Origin: a virus | Lineage: Duplodnaviria; Caudoviricetes | IMG/VR virus record: IMGVR_UViG_3300037419_001059 | Location: 1 to 59,367 of that record | Length of the DNA stretch: 59,367 nucleotides | Reading direction: 5' to 3' (one strand) | In this document: piece after piece, positions 1 through 10,200 of the stretch | Layout of the letters: the number at the start of each line of letters is the position of its first letter | How positions within the stretch are numbered: the first letter of the stretch is position 1 | Position numbers and translations under genes: made by a program | Notes under the pieces: model-generated | Told to the model about the DNA's origin: nothing | Database searches by the model: none | Seen by the model: only the letters and a program-made list of their open reading frames with translations

Positions 1-172
1 CAGCAGGCCATCGGTGACGGGCCGAAGTCTGAGTAATTGATCCGTTGGATCAATTTGTGAAAGGTCGCGGCGGTGGTCGGCATCCTCCTCAAGGACTTCA
101 CGGGTTGCACGCCCAAGTTGGACGTGCGCTCGCTGCCGGATAACGCCGCCGCGTCCTCCATCAACCAGCGCC
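1..172. repeat. Terminal overlap, left copy (circularity signature)
   Basis: 1-172 matches 59196-59367 at 169/172 positions. The only mismatches are 44-46 GTT vs 59239-59241 ACC. Confidence 0.95.
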
Positions 173-1818
173 CGAACACGGGCGGCCTGGAGCCGGTGCG
201 GTTCCCCGACCCGGTGAAGGCCGTCGCCGCCAGCACCCGGTTCGTGTACCGCATCCCGATCCCCGACGCCTTCGCGGTCAACCTGACGCAAGGGTATTGG
301 TGGGAGTTTGCCGACCAAGACACCGACGTGGTGCGCGGGCCAACGGTGAACGATTCGTTCGAGCGGTACTATTACTGCTCCCCAAGCACGGGCCTGCGCT
401 TCGCCACCAAGGCCGATATCATCGCGGGCAACGGCCAGTCGAACAGCCATGCCATCGGCGTGCCGAGGCCGGGCCAACCGCCCGTCGTCACACCCGACAC
501 GACGAACTCGGCGCGTGAGCCGCCAGAGGACTCGGACGGTGATGGTGTGCCCGACACACCGGGTGCCTTCATCGCGGAGGTTTTGACCCGCGAGTACGTC
601 GTCACGTTCATAAACCAGTACGGCGAGGAGAGCGGCCCGAGCCCGGCGGCCGAGGCGACGGCCCCGACCGATGCCGTGTGGAACGTGACGAACATCCCTC
701 AGCCGGGGGTGTTCGACCGCGACTATGCGCCGATTACCACGATTCGCCTCTACCGGACGGTGACGGCGCTGAGCGGCAGCACCGTGTTCAACTTCGTCGT
801 GGATCTGCCTGTCGGCACCACGAGCTACGCCGACATCCTCAACGATCTCGTCGTGTCGGGCACGACCCAGCTTGAGACCACGAACACCGACCCGCCGCCG
901 CTCGGGCTCCAGGGGGTGGCATTGATGCCGAACGGCATCATGGTCGCGTTCAAGGGGAACAACCTCTACATCAGCGACAATTTCAAGCCGTGGTCCTGGC
1001 CGGTGGCCTACCAGCTCTCGGTCCAGCACTACATCATCGGACTTGCCGTCATCGGGAACACCTGCATCGTCTGCACGACGAGCAACCCGTGCTCGCTCAC
1101 GGGCTCGACGGGCGCCACCATGGCGCTGACGCAAAACGCCGCCCCGCTGCCCTGCTACAGCCGCCAGAGCATCGCCGTGGCGCCCGAGGGGGTCTATTGG
1201 GCGTCCTACAGCGGCCTCGTGCTGTTCACCCTGTCGGGCGCCAAGATCGTATCGGATGAGGTGATCGGACGAACCGCCTGGGCCACACAGTTCAACCCGG
1301 AGTCGATGGACTGTGTGTTCGCCTATGGCATGTACTTCGGCCGTCAACAGAAAGTCCTGCGGGACACCATACCCGTGAGCACCGTCGAAGTCGGGTTCGG
1401 CATCGGCGAAGGCTCCACGGTCAACTATGACGATCTGGCTGACACGGTGGCCTGCGGGCTCGACTTCGCGTCGGGTAAGCCCTGGATCATCAAGGGCGGC
1501 CAGATCTACGAGTGGCTGCCGTCCGGCACGCTGCTGAAGACGGTCATCTGGACATCGAAGCAGTTCCAGACACAGAAGCCGGTCAACTTCGGCGCCATCC
1601 AGGCGTACTACGACACCAGCGTTGAGCTTGCCGGCGTGCATGTGCGCTTGTTCGGGAACAACGGCGTGCTGCGCTGGGAAGGCGATCTGGCTGACCGTAA
1701 GGTCAAGCGGCTGCCGTCGTCCTTCAAGGACGACATCTGGCAAGTCGAGATCACCTCGAACACGATTGTCCATCGTCTCGCGCTCGGCCAGACGGTCGAA
1801 GATCTGAAGAACGTCTGA
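73..1818 (+). CDS. Tail tubular protein B / packaged-DNA stabilization (nozzle)-like protein
   Basis: 581 aa, beta-rich with propeller-like segments (NNLYISDNFKPWSWP, VYWASYSGLV). Lies just upstream of the tail, GNAT and internal virion genes, as in podoviruses. Confidence 0.65.
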   Translation: MVGILLKDFTGCTPKLDVRSLPDNAAASSINQRPNTGGLEPVRFPDPVKAVAASTRFVYRIPIPDAFAVNLTQGYWWEFADQDTDVVRGPTVNDSFERYYYCSPSTGLRFATKADIIAGNGQSNSHAIGVPRPGQPPVVTPDTTNSAREPPEDSDGDGVPDTPGAFIAEVLTREYVVTFINQYGEESGPSPAAEATAPTDAVWNVTNIPQPGVFDRDYAPITTIRLYRTVTALSGSTVFNFVVDLPVGTTSYADILNDLVVSGTTQLETTNTDPPPLGLQGVALMPNGIMVAFKGNNLYISDNFKPWSWPVAYQLSVQHYIIGLAVIGNTCIVCTTSNPCSLTGSTGATMALTQNAAPLPCYSRQSIAVAPEGVYWASYSGLVLFTLSGAKIVSDEVIGRTAWATQFNPESMDCVFAYGMYFGRQQKVLRDTIPVSTVEVGFGIGEGSTVNYDDLADTVACGLDFASGKPWIIKGGQIYEWLPSGTLLKTVIWTSKQFQTQKPVNFGAIQAYYDTSVELAGVHVRLFGNNGVLRWEGDLADRKVKRLPSSFKDDIWQVEITSNTIVHRLALGQTVEDLKNV

Positions 1819-2756
1819 TGGCCGCGACCAAAGACTATACGTTCACGACCGTCCCCGAGGCGGGGGCTGACGTGGATTCGCTGTTGCAGACTGTCAACGC
1901 GCTGCGGCAGAACATGCAGACGTTGATCGGGCAGCGCAACACCAACACGCCGAGCATCACCGATCAGGTGAAATCGGCGACCACGGACGTGCAGCGGCTC
2001 CAGAAGCAGTTCACGACGGAAGGTCAGTCAACGGCCGAAATCATCGACAGTGTGAAGGCCGAGGCGGACGGGATCAGCGCCAATGGCAAGCTGAAATTTA
2101 TCGCGACCGCCGGCCCGCAGGGGTACTTTGCCGAGTACAAGCTGGCGCTCAAGGTCGGCAGCGCCGTCTCCGGGTTCTCCGTACTTGCCAAGAAGAACGG
2201 GGACGGCACGTTCTCGTCCGCCATCTCGTTCACCGCCAATCAGTTCCAGCTCTTTGACCCGACGTTGAACAACGGGCAGGCGGTCGGCCCGACCCAGGTG
2301 TTCAATTACAGTTCCGGTGTGTTCCGGTTCAACGTGCCGGTGGAAGTTCTCGGCGAACAGATCGAAGTCGCTGGCTGCTCAAACAGCGTCCTCGTTACAA
2401 ATGACGACGCGAATGCCGTGCAACTCGAAGCACAGATCACGACGCGCCCGAACGCCCAGGTTGACGTATACGGCCAGTTCGACGGTCAGCCAGACGTTTC
2501 GTTTCCGTTCGAAGCAGGTTCAAAATTACTAAGTCTGGAACGCACGAACCCGGACGGATCAGTAACCGTTCTGCGCAACACGCGCGTTCAGTTTTTTGTC
2601 GTTCGAACGGATACAACTCAGAATATTTTCTTCTCACATACCCATCTGATGTATAGAGATACACCAACACCCGGCGTCAACGTTTATCGGCTGAAGATGA
2701 TCAACGGCGTTCCGCAGGGGCCTCTGATCCTCAACGTGGTGGAGCGCCATCGGTGA
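1818..2756 (+). CDS. Tail fibre / host-specificity-related protein
   Basis: 312 aa with an N-terminal coiled coil and a GFSVLA...SAISFTANQFQLFDP segment reminiscent of phage tail-tip domains. Coupled by a TGATG overlap. Confidence 0.5.
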   Translation: MAATKDYTFTTVPEAGADVDSLLQTVNALRQNMQTLIGQRNTNTPSITDQVKSATTDVQRLQKQFTTEGQSTAEIIDSVKAEADGISANGKLKFIATAGPQGYFAEYKLALKVGSAVSGFSVLAKKNGDGTFSSAISFTANQFQLFDPTLNNGQAVGPTQVFNYSSGVFRFNVPVEVLGEQIEVAGCSNSVLVTNDDANAVQLEAQITTRPNAQVDVYGQFDGQPDVSFPFEAGSKLLSLERTNPDGSVTVLRNTRVQFFVVRTDTTQNIFFSHTHLMYRDTPTPGVNVYRLKMINGVPQGPLILNVVERHR

Positions 2757-3244
2757 GGGACCGCATCCATATCGGCGACGAGGAAGCCGTGCTTGCCGGG
2801 CGCCGCGTTATGGCGCTCGCCGGGGGTGCCGTCTACAACCCCGAAGGCGAGCGCTGCATCGCGCGCTACGTCAATGGCGTGTTCGTCGGTGGCGTCGTCT
2901 ACAGCAACGCCACACAGACCTCCCTGGAGATGCACGTCGCCGGGGTGCGGCGCGGCTGGCTCAACCGCGACCTCCTATGGGTGGCGTTCGACTTCCCGTT
3001 CGTGCAGCTCGGTCTCAAGAAAGTTTTCTGCCGTATCCAGGCGTCCAATACGGAAGCGCTCCGGTTCAATGCCAGCCTCGGTTTCAAGGATGAAGCAGTA
3101 TTGAAGGATGTGTATCCAGACGGTGACATGATTATACGTTCAATGTATAAGGCAGATTGCCGTTTCTTGAACATAGTCGCTCGGACGATACGTAGACGCG
3201 AGGTTGTCGGTCATGGGGAAGCAGAAAGCACCGGCAGCGCCTAA
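2753..3244 (+). CDS. GNAT-family (RimJ/RimL-like) acetyltransferase
   Basis: N-x-x-A-x-x-F-N-x-x-LGFKDEA motif. Typical position before the internal virion genes. Confidence 0.75.
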   Translation: MRDRIHIGDEEAVLAGRRVMALAGGAVYNPEGERCIARYVNGVFVGGVVYSNATQTSLEMHVAGVRRGWLNRDLLWVAFDFPFVQLGLKKVFCRIQASNTEALRFNASLGFKDEAVLKDVYPDGDMIIRSMYKADCRFLNIVARTIRRREVVGHGEAESTGSA

Positions 3245-4364
3245 TTACGCGCCGATCATCGCGGCGCAGACGCAGGCTGCGACCAATTCGCAGAACTTGG
3301 CGAACCAGCAGTTTGCCTGGGGTCAGCAGCAGTTCGCGAAGAACAGCGCCAACACCGACCAAGCGGTTGCCGGCGCCAACCAGACGGCGGCGCTGAACAC
3401 CGGCTACGCCGCGCAGGACCGCGACCGCTACGTTCAGACATACCAGCCGCTGGAAGACGAGTACATTGCCAACGCGCAGAAGTACTCCGACCCGACCCAG
3501 GTCAACAGCCGGGCGGCAGCGGCAGCCGGCGACGTGTCGCAGCAGTTCGACGTGGCGCGCGGCAACGCCCAGCGGCAACTTGAAGCCTATGGCGTGGACC
3601 CGACACAGACGCGGGCGGCGGCGCTCGATCTCGGCACCCGCACCCAGGAAGCGGCGGCCCGCGCCAGCGCCGCGAACACGTCGCGCCGCCAGGACGCGCT
3701 GACCGGGCAGCAGATGCTGGGCGCCGCCATTCAGCAGGGCAATACGACGGCCACACGGGGGCTTCAGGAAAGCCAGCTCGGGCTCCAGGCAGGGCAGACC
3801 GGCGTCAGCGAAAATCTCGCCACCACGATCTCCGGTGCGTCCACGCTGGGCACGGCGCCGACCTATACGGGCCTCGCCAACTCATCGCTGGCAGGCTCTG
3901 CCGCCACGACCAACCAGCAGTACCAGAACAATCTGGACCGCTACAAAGCCAATCAGGCGTCCAGCTCGGGGCTCGGCGGCGCGCTCGGTTCAATCATCGG
4001 GTTCGGTGCCAAGAGCTACGACAGCGGCGGTAGGATCGGGAATGCCATCGCCGGACTGTTCGAGGACGGCGGCGCGGTGCCCGATGATCAGGAGCTTGCC
4101 GCGCAGTCGCATGCCGGCATCAAGGTTACGCGCGAGATGTCGCCCTCCCGTGGGCTCCAGACCGACGACGTGCCGGCCCGCCTCAACGCGGGCGAATTCG
4201 TGCTGCCGGCCGAGACGGTGGCGTGGATCGGCCAGAAGCACCTTCAGGGGCTGATCAAGAAGTCCGCCGAGGAGCAGGCGCAGGCCAAGGCCCGGCCCCG
4301 CATCGCGGCACTGCCGGTGGAACGCCCGCGCGTCGATACTGGCGCCCTACAGGTTCGGAGGTAA
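3213..4364 (+). CDS. Internal virion (ejection) protein
   Basis: Ala/Gln/Gly-rich with a C-terminal DDVPARLNAGEFVLPA motif. ATG 3213 follows GAGG. Confidence 0.6.
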   Translation: MGKQKAPAAPNYAPIIAAQTQAATNSQNLANQQFAWGQQQFAKNSANTDQAVAGANQTAALNTGYAAQDRDRYVQTYQPLEDEYIANAQKYSDPTQVNSRAAAAAGDVSQQFDVARGNAQRQLEAYGVDPTQTRAAALDLGTRTQEAAARASAANTSRRQDALTGQQMLGAAIQQGNTTATRGLQESQLGLQAGQTGVSENLATTISGASTLGTAPTYTGLANSSLAGSAATTNQQYQNNLDRYKANQASSSGLGGALGSIIGFGAKSYDSGGRIGNAIAGLFEDGGAVPDDQELAAQSHAGIKVTREMSPSRGLQTDDVPARLNAGEFVLPAETVAWIGQKHLQGLIKKSAEEQAQAKARPRIAALPVERPRVDTGALQVRR

Positions 4365-4370
4365 GTCGCG

Positions 4371-7283
4371 ATGGGTATGGGTCAGGAGCTGAAGGATTTC
4401 GTCAGCGGCTTCAGCTCGGGCTACAAGCTCGCGACGCCGACCGAGGGCGAGCTGAAGGCGAAGCAGGAGCGGGACCGGCAGGACGCAATCTCCAAGCTTG
4501 CCGAGAATGACCAGTCCGCGGTCCCCGGCCGCCTGGGGGTCGCGCCGCACCTCTACAAGACCGGCGATGATGGCTCGGGCACCGGCTCGGGCACCGGCTC
4601 AGGCAAGGTAGGCCGCAGCCTGCCGGTGTTCGCGACTGACCTGGGCGAGATGGCGCCTTACGCGCAGTCGATCAGTAAGGTGGAGAGCGGCGGCCGGTAC
4701 GATGCCCTCGGGCCTAAGACGAAGACCGGAGACCGCGCCTATGGCCGTTATCAGGTCATGGGCGCCAATATTCCAAAGTGGACGCAGAAGTATCTCGGCA
4801 GGTCCATGACGCCGGATGAGTTCCTTAAGGACCCGGAAGCACAGGATAAGGTGTTTGCCGGCGAGTTCGGCAGCTACATCAAGAAGTACGGCAACCCGGC
4901 CGATGCCGCGTCGGTGTGGCACTCCGGCAGGCCGCTCGCGACGGCAGCTAGGCTGGGCCTGTCTGACGGGAACATGAAGACCACGGACTACGCCAAGGCC
5001 GTGGTCGGCTCGCTGCCGCGCAGTGCTTCATCGGCGCCCGCTGTGCAACCCGCCCTTCCCCCAACCGCCGTGAACGCCGCGCCAGCGCCGATTCAGGGCA
5101 TCCCCATGCCCGCGCCGGGTGGCCGGACCATGGTCTTGCCGGGTGCCCAGGCGGAGGCCGACCAGGGCGACACCTACAACCCCGGCGACGACAACCAGCC
5201 GACGCAGCTCGCGGCGGATGGCGGCGCGATCATGCCCGTGATGCAGATGCCACCCGACGACCAGATGCAGGACGCCGCGCCGCCCCTGCCGCCGCGGCGC
5301 CCGTCCGACGCCGAGCTTCAAGTTGATCCGCAGATCAATTCACAGCCGGATTACCACCGCATCGCCGGCACGCACGAGGCCATCGACGCCGGTATGGGCG
5401 CGATCAGCAGGGACCTCGAAAATCCAGATGCCGCCCTACCGCAAGCCGGGTCTGATTATCATGGTCGAGTTGCTGCGTTCCATCGCGGCGATGATGCGGC
5501 GACGCCGCAGGAAATCCGACAGATCGATCAGACCATCGACCCTGACAACCGGCTCGTCGCCGACGCGAAGGCCGTCGCGCGCCTGAATGCCGGATACAAA
5601 TACTTCTTGATGCAGGGCGACCCCGACAGAGCCGAGAAGTACGCCAAGTCGATCCTTGGCTACACCAAGCAAGCCGTGAAGTATTACGGTGCGCAGGCCG
5701 AGCAGAAGCTGCGTGCCGGCGATATCGCGGGCGCCGCCGAGGATATCCAGAAGGGCCACAACGAGGTGCCCAACGGGGCGTCGCTCTACATCGACAAGGT
5801 AGATCCGAAGACAGGTAAGGTCGATTACCGCGTTCTGGACGAGGATGGCGACTTGACCGAACGTGGTCAGGCTTATGCCAACCAGCTCATGTCGGTCGCG
5901 ACCGGCATGCAGAACGGCAGTGAGTGGCTGAACCAGATCGCGCAGGGGCGCCAGAACTCGCTGACCGCCGCGCAGAAGGCCGCCGAGAAGCGTCGGGCTG
6001 CCGACGAGGGCGCGGCCAACTCGTTCTATGGCGGGTCCGACATGGACCTGATCAACAAGATGTCGCCCGAGGCCCGCAAGGGCTTCGACGCGGCCTCCCC
6101 TGCCCTCAAGCGGCAGATGCTGGCCGACCTCGCCAACCGCGAGAACGCGGCGCGGGCGCAGACCAAGGACGACCAGAAGCAGGCGTATTACCAGCGTAAG
6201 CAGGATCTGGCGGACACGAAGGCGCAGGACCAGCAGGACTACGCCGGCCACGCGGCTGCCATCGAGAACGCGCGGGATGCCCTGATCGCGCAGCGCAATG
6301 ACGACCCTTACGACACCGAGAAGATGCAGGCAGCGCAAGCCGCCTACGACAAAGCGCTGAGCGACGCCCGTGCCTGGGCGGGTGCCGGCCCGAACCGTGC
6401 GGCGTTCGTCCCGCAGCTCGAACGGCTCGGCAAGTCCGGTGGCGGCGTCGGCGGTGGCGCGGCGGGCGGGACCGGCGGTGGCGGCAAGGGTGGCACGAAG
6501 GACGAGCGCAACATCGCCGGCCTGGACCGCCAGTACACCATGTTCGAGAAGGCCGCGCAGCGCGAGAAAGACCCGGAGCGGCAGAAGCAGCTCATGGCCG
6601 CCCTGCCCCACCAGAAGGCGCAGATCGAGTTCGCCAAGCACGACACCGGCTTTGACGACAAGATCACGCCCGATGTCGAGGCACAGGCCAGCCGGATCAT
6701 CGGCCTGAAGGAGGGTGCCGAGCCCGACGACAAGCAGTCCACGCAGCTCAACGAGTACCAGAACGCCATCCGTGGCATCTTGCAGGGCGACAATGACCTC
6801 ACGCCGAAGCAGGCTGCCGACCTCGCCAAGCTCGCGGTGAAGACCGGCAAGATCAATCTCGACAACGGCCTGTACAGCATCAACGGGTCTGACCCGATCC
6901 GCATGTCACCGCGTGCCGTGTCGTCACTCGCCCGTCTGGTGAAGATGAACAAGCCGGCCGAGCAGCCCACGGCGACGACGCGCAACCCGTTCAGCCCCGA
7001 CCGCCCATCGTCCATCCCGACGCCGGACGAAGCCGATACGGCGAACGCCAGGGCACAGCGGGTGCAGGCCCGACAGGAGGATGCCGCGCCGCGCCGTCGT
7101 CGCGACAAGAGTGCGGAGTACGATCAGCTCCGTTCACAGATCGATGACAGTACATTCGAGCGGATGAAGCAGTTGTCCGGCAGTACAGACGGGCGCGTGC
7201 CTCTTGCTTATCTGCGTAGAGTTGTGAGAGAACAGGCCGGTAAGCGGGCTCGTGTTGTAGATCCCGACCCCAATATGCCGTAG
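4371..7283 (+). CDS. Internal virion protein with lysozyme-like/lytic transglycosylase domain
   Basis: 970 aa. ISKVESGGRYDALG...AYGRYQVM resembles the transglycosylase catalytic Glu and G-x-x-Q motifs. Confidence 0.7.
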   Translation: MGMGQELKDFVSGFSSGYKLATPTEGELKAKQERDRQDAISKLAENDQSAVPGRLGVAPHLYKTGDDGSGTGSGTGSGKVGRSLPVFATDLGEMAPYAQSISKVESGGRYDALGPKTKTGDRAYGRYQVMGANIPKWTQKYLGRSMTPDEFLKDPEAQDKVFAGEFGSYIKKYGNPADAASVWHSGRPLATAARLGLSDGNMKTTDYAKAVVGSLPRSASSAPAVQPALPPTAVNAAPAPIQGIPMPAPGGRTMVLPGAQAEADQGDTYNPGDDNQPTQLAADGGAIMPVMQMPPDDQMQDAAPPLPPRRPSDAELQVDPQINSQPDYHRIAGTHEAIDAGMGAISRDLENPDAALPQAGSDYHGRVAAFHRGDDAATPQEIRQIDQTIDPDNRLVADAKAVARLNAGYKYFLMQGDPDRAEKYAKSILGYTKQAVKYYGAQAEQKLRAGDIAGAAEDIQKGHNEVPNGASLYIDKVDPKTGKVDYRVLDEDGDLTERGQAYANQLMSVATGMQNGSEWLNQIAQGRQNSLTAAQKAAEKRRAADEGAANSFYGGSDMDLINKMSPEARKGFDAASPALKRQMLADLANRENAARAQTKDDQKQAYYQRKQDLADTKAQDQQDYAGHAAAIENARDALIAQRNDDPYDTEKMQAAQAAYDKALSDARAWAGAGPNRAAFVPQLERLGKSGGGVGGGAAGGTGGGGKGGTKDERNIAGLDRQYTMFEKAAQREKDPERQKQLMAALPHQKAQIEFAKHDTGFDDKITPDVEAQASRIIGLKEGAEPDDKQSTQLNEYQNAIRGILQGDNDLTPKQAADLAKLAVKTGKINLDNGLYSINGSDPIRMSPRAVSSLARLVKMNKPAEQPTATTRNPFSPDRPSSIPTPDEADTANARAQRVQARQEDAAPRRRRDKSAEYDQLRSQIDDSTFERMKQLSGSTDGRVPLAYLRRVVREQAGKRARVVDPDPNMP

Positions 7284-7289
7284 GCCGAC

Positions 7290-10200
7290 ATGCCCGAGAT
7301 TGATCTTGCTACGCTCCCGGTGGATCAGAACTACCGGGACGCGTTGGCACCGGAGCCAGGTATCTCGGGTTCGGACTATGGGCGGGCCGCCGCCGCAGGC
7401 GCCTACGGCGTCGTGGGCTCGGCGGCGGCCGGCGTCGATTACTTGGCCGACACGGACGATGATAGCGCGCTGAAGAAACTGCGCCATTACGCCGATGAAG
7501 GCGCCAAGGCCCAGGTCGAGCAGATGTCCCCGGCGGCGCGTGAAGCGCTCAACGCCGGCTTCCTGCCGGGCAGCGACAAGTCGATCTGGTCGCCGGACGT
7601 GTCGATTGCGTCCTCGCTCGGGCTGAAGCTCGCGAACGCCTCCCCTTCCCTCCTGGCGAGCATCATCCCCGGCGGCATCGTGGCCGGCGTGGCCCGTGGC
7701 GCTCTGACCGCCGGGGCGGCTGCGGCGGCCGGTACGGCCGCATCGGGGACCGCCAACGCCGCGATGATGGGCGGTCAGGTTTACGACGACATCGAGAAGT
7801 CGATCCTCGACGCCAAGGACGACGACCTCAAGTCCAGCTCGCCCGTCTACAACGCCCTGCGCAAGGACTATTCCGAGGGCGTCGCTAAGAAGGTCCTGGT
7901 GGAGACGGCTGCCGGCAACAAGCCGCTGCTCGCCGCCGCTGTCGGCGCCATCACCGATCAGTTCGGCGCGGCTGCGGCGACGGCCAAGCGGGCTGTCGGT
8001 CAGGCCGGGGAAGGCATCTTGAAGGGGGCGCGGAAAGGGCTTGTCGAAGAGTCCGCCAACGAGGCCGCGCAGAATGCCACCCAGGAGGCGCTGACCCAGC
8101 AGGGACAGGTCCAGGCCGGCACCGGGCAGTGGGATTACCTGAAGATCCTTGAGCAGGCCGCACAGGGTGCCACGGTCGGCGGCATCATGGGCGGTGTCGT
8201 CGGCGGCGCCACGGGCATCGGCGGCCGGCAGGGCGAGGGCGCGTCAGGCTCTCAGCGGGTGCCGGCCACGGCCCAGGAGACGACCCAGGACGCGGCGCGT
8301 GTCGGCGTCCTGGCCATTGACCCGGCCGTGGCAGAGGCGGCCGGCGGGCGCCAGCAGAGCCGGGCGGCGCTCGACGCCGTGGACGACGCCATGTCGTCGC
8401 TGGAGAAGGCCCGCCCGGTGCCGGTTGACCCGGCCATCGCCGCTGCGGTCAAGGGCGGCGATCAAGTTGATCCACGGAGCACTTTCGAGCCGCAGAACGA
8501 GTTTGAGGCCGACCCGGATGCGCTGCCGGCCGAGGAAGCGGCTGCCGACCAGCTTCCCGCCGCTCAGCCCCCCGCACCGCAGGAGCCGACGCCCGCACCG
8601 ACCCAGGAACCCCAGGAGCCCGCCCAGGCTGCCCAGCAGCAGGCGCCGGCCCCCGAGGAGCAGCCTGCCACCCAGCCGGAACCTGCGCCCGCTGTAGCCC
8701 CCTCTGAGGCGCCGGAAACGGCAAGCGCGAGATCGCCGACCGCGACGACCATCGACCTCGATACGTTTCTCGACAGCGAGCAGGCCGAAGCGCCCTCCCC
8801 CGCCCCGCGCGTGCTCCAGGCGACCGAGCAGCCAGCCGCGCCGACTGAACCGGCCGCGCCCCGTGCGGTCGGCCGCATCTCGGCGGCCGAAGCCACGCGC
8901 ATCGCCAAGGGCGAGGGCGATGCGGTCACGCTGTCTACGAACCCGGAAGACTGGAAGAAGCAGAGCGACCGGACCAGCGTCAAGAACCTCGCCGAGGCGA
9001 TGGTCAAGGTGCGTGGCGACGACGCCCCGCAGTGGGCGCGCGACTTCCTCGACGCCTATGGGCAGAAGCGCGTCGGTCAGGGACCGGCGGCGAAGGCGGC
9101 CCGTGAAAAGCTCCTGGCGGCCCGGCAGGCGCTGCACGACGAGACCCAGGCCCGCGTGCAGCAGGGCGTGGCCCGGCGCGAGACCACGAACGAGGCCCGC
9201 GACCGGCAGGCCCAGGAGAAGCGCTACCGCGACGGCACCGAGGCCGAGCGGCTGATCAGCGCCACGACCATGCCCCGGCTGGCCGAGCGCGCCGTGCCGA
9301 AGGCGGTGCGGGAATACGCGGCCTCGCTCCTGTCAAAGGCGAAGCAAGCCAAGATCAGCCTCGACGGCAATACTGACGATGCGCACATTCTGCACCTGAA
9401 GACGGCGCAGGAAGTCGCCCGTGCCGGTTCTACCAAGGAACAGCTTCAGCAATTCATCGCGGACGACTTCCTGCTGCGCCAAGGTGCCGGCGAGGAGATC
9501 TCTGCACGTCGTCGCGCCGAGGCGCTTAAGTCTGAGCGGAGCTATGACGAAGTACAGAGGGCGGGGCCGGAAGTCCGCGAAGGTGCAGACGCCTCCGAAG
9601 CCTACGACGCGCAGGGAGCCCACGCAGAGGCTGCCGTTGAACCACAGGACACCCTACAGGGCCGCAGTGAAGATCACGCTCCTGCGGAACCTGTATCTGA
9701 GCCAGTTCAACAGCCGGTAGTTGATCCAACGGATCAATTCGTGGTGGTCGGCCAGAACAAGGCCGGGCAGTTCAAAGTCGAGAGCCGGGGCCGCCGCAAG
9801 GTGGCTGAGCGGAAGGCTGCGGCGAAGGAGGAGCCGGCACCGTTCAAGGTCGCGCCCGGCCTGAAGGCCGTCAAGTTCAAGGACGGCTACACCATCCTGC
9901 CGGCCGGCGCTCGGCCCGAGGAAGGCGTCAACCGCGCCGGGCTCAACTTCACTATCCACAAGGATCGCATCACGGTCGATGGCTCGTTCCTGCACTCTGC
10001 CGACCGGGGCAAGGGCAACGGCGTGCGCATGTACGAAGCCCTCGCCAAGCTAGGCCAGGAGCGTGGGCTGCCGATCTACAGCGACTACGACATCTCACCC
10101 GAAGCCAAGCGCATGTATGACCGCTTGGCGTCTCGCGGCTACGACGTTGAGTACGCTGCTGGGCTCGCGCTTGACGAAGACGGGAACCGCGCAGGTTTCC

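Noticed and set aside
1-172. Overlap as a biological terminal repeat
   Set aside because: It begins and ends inside genes of the structural operon, so it is more likely an assembly circularisation overlap.
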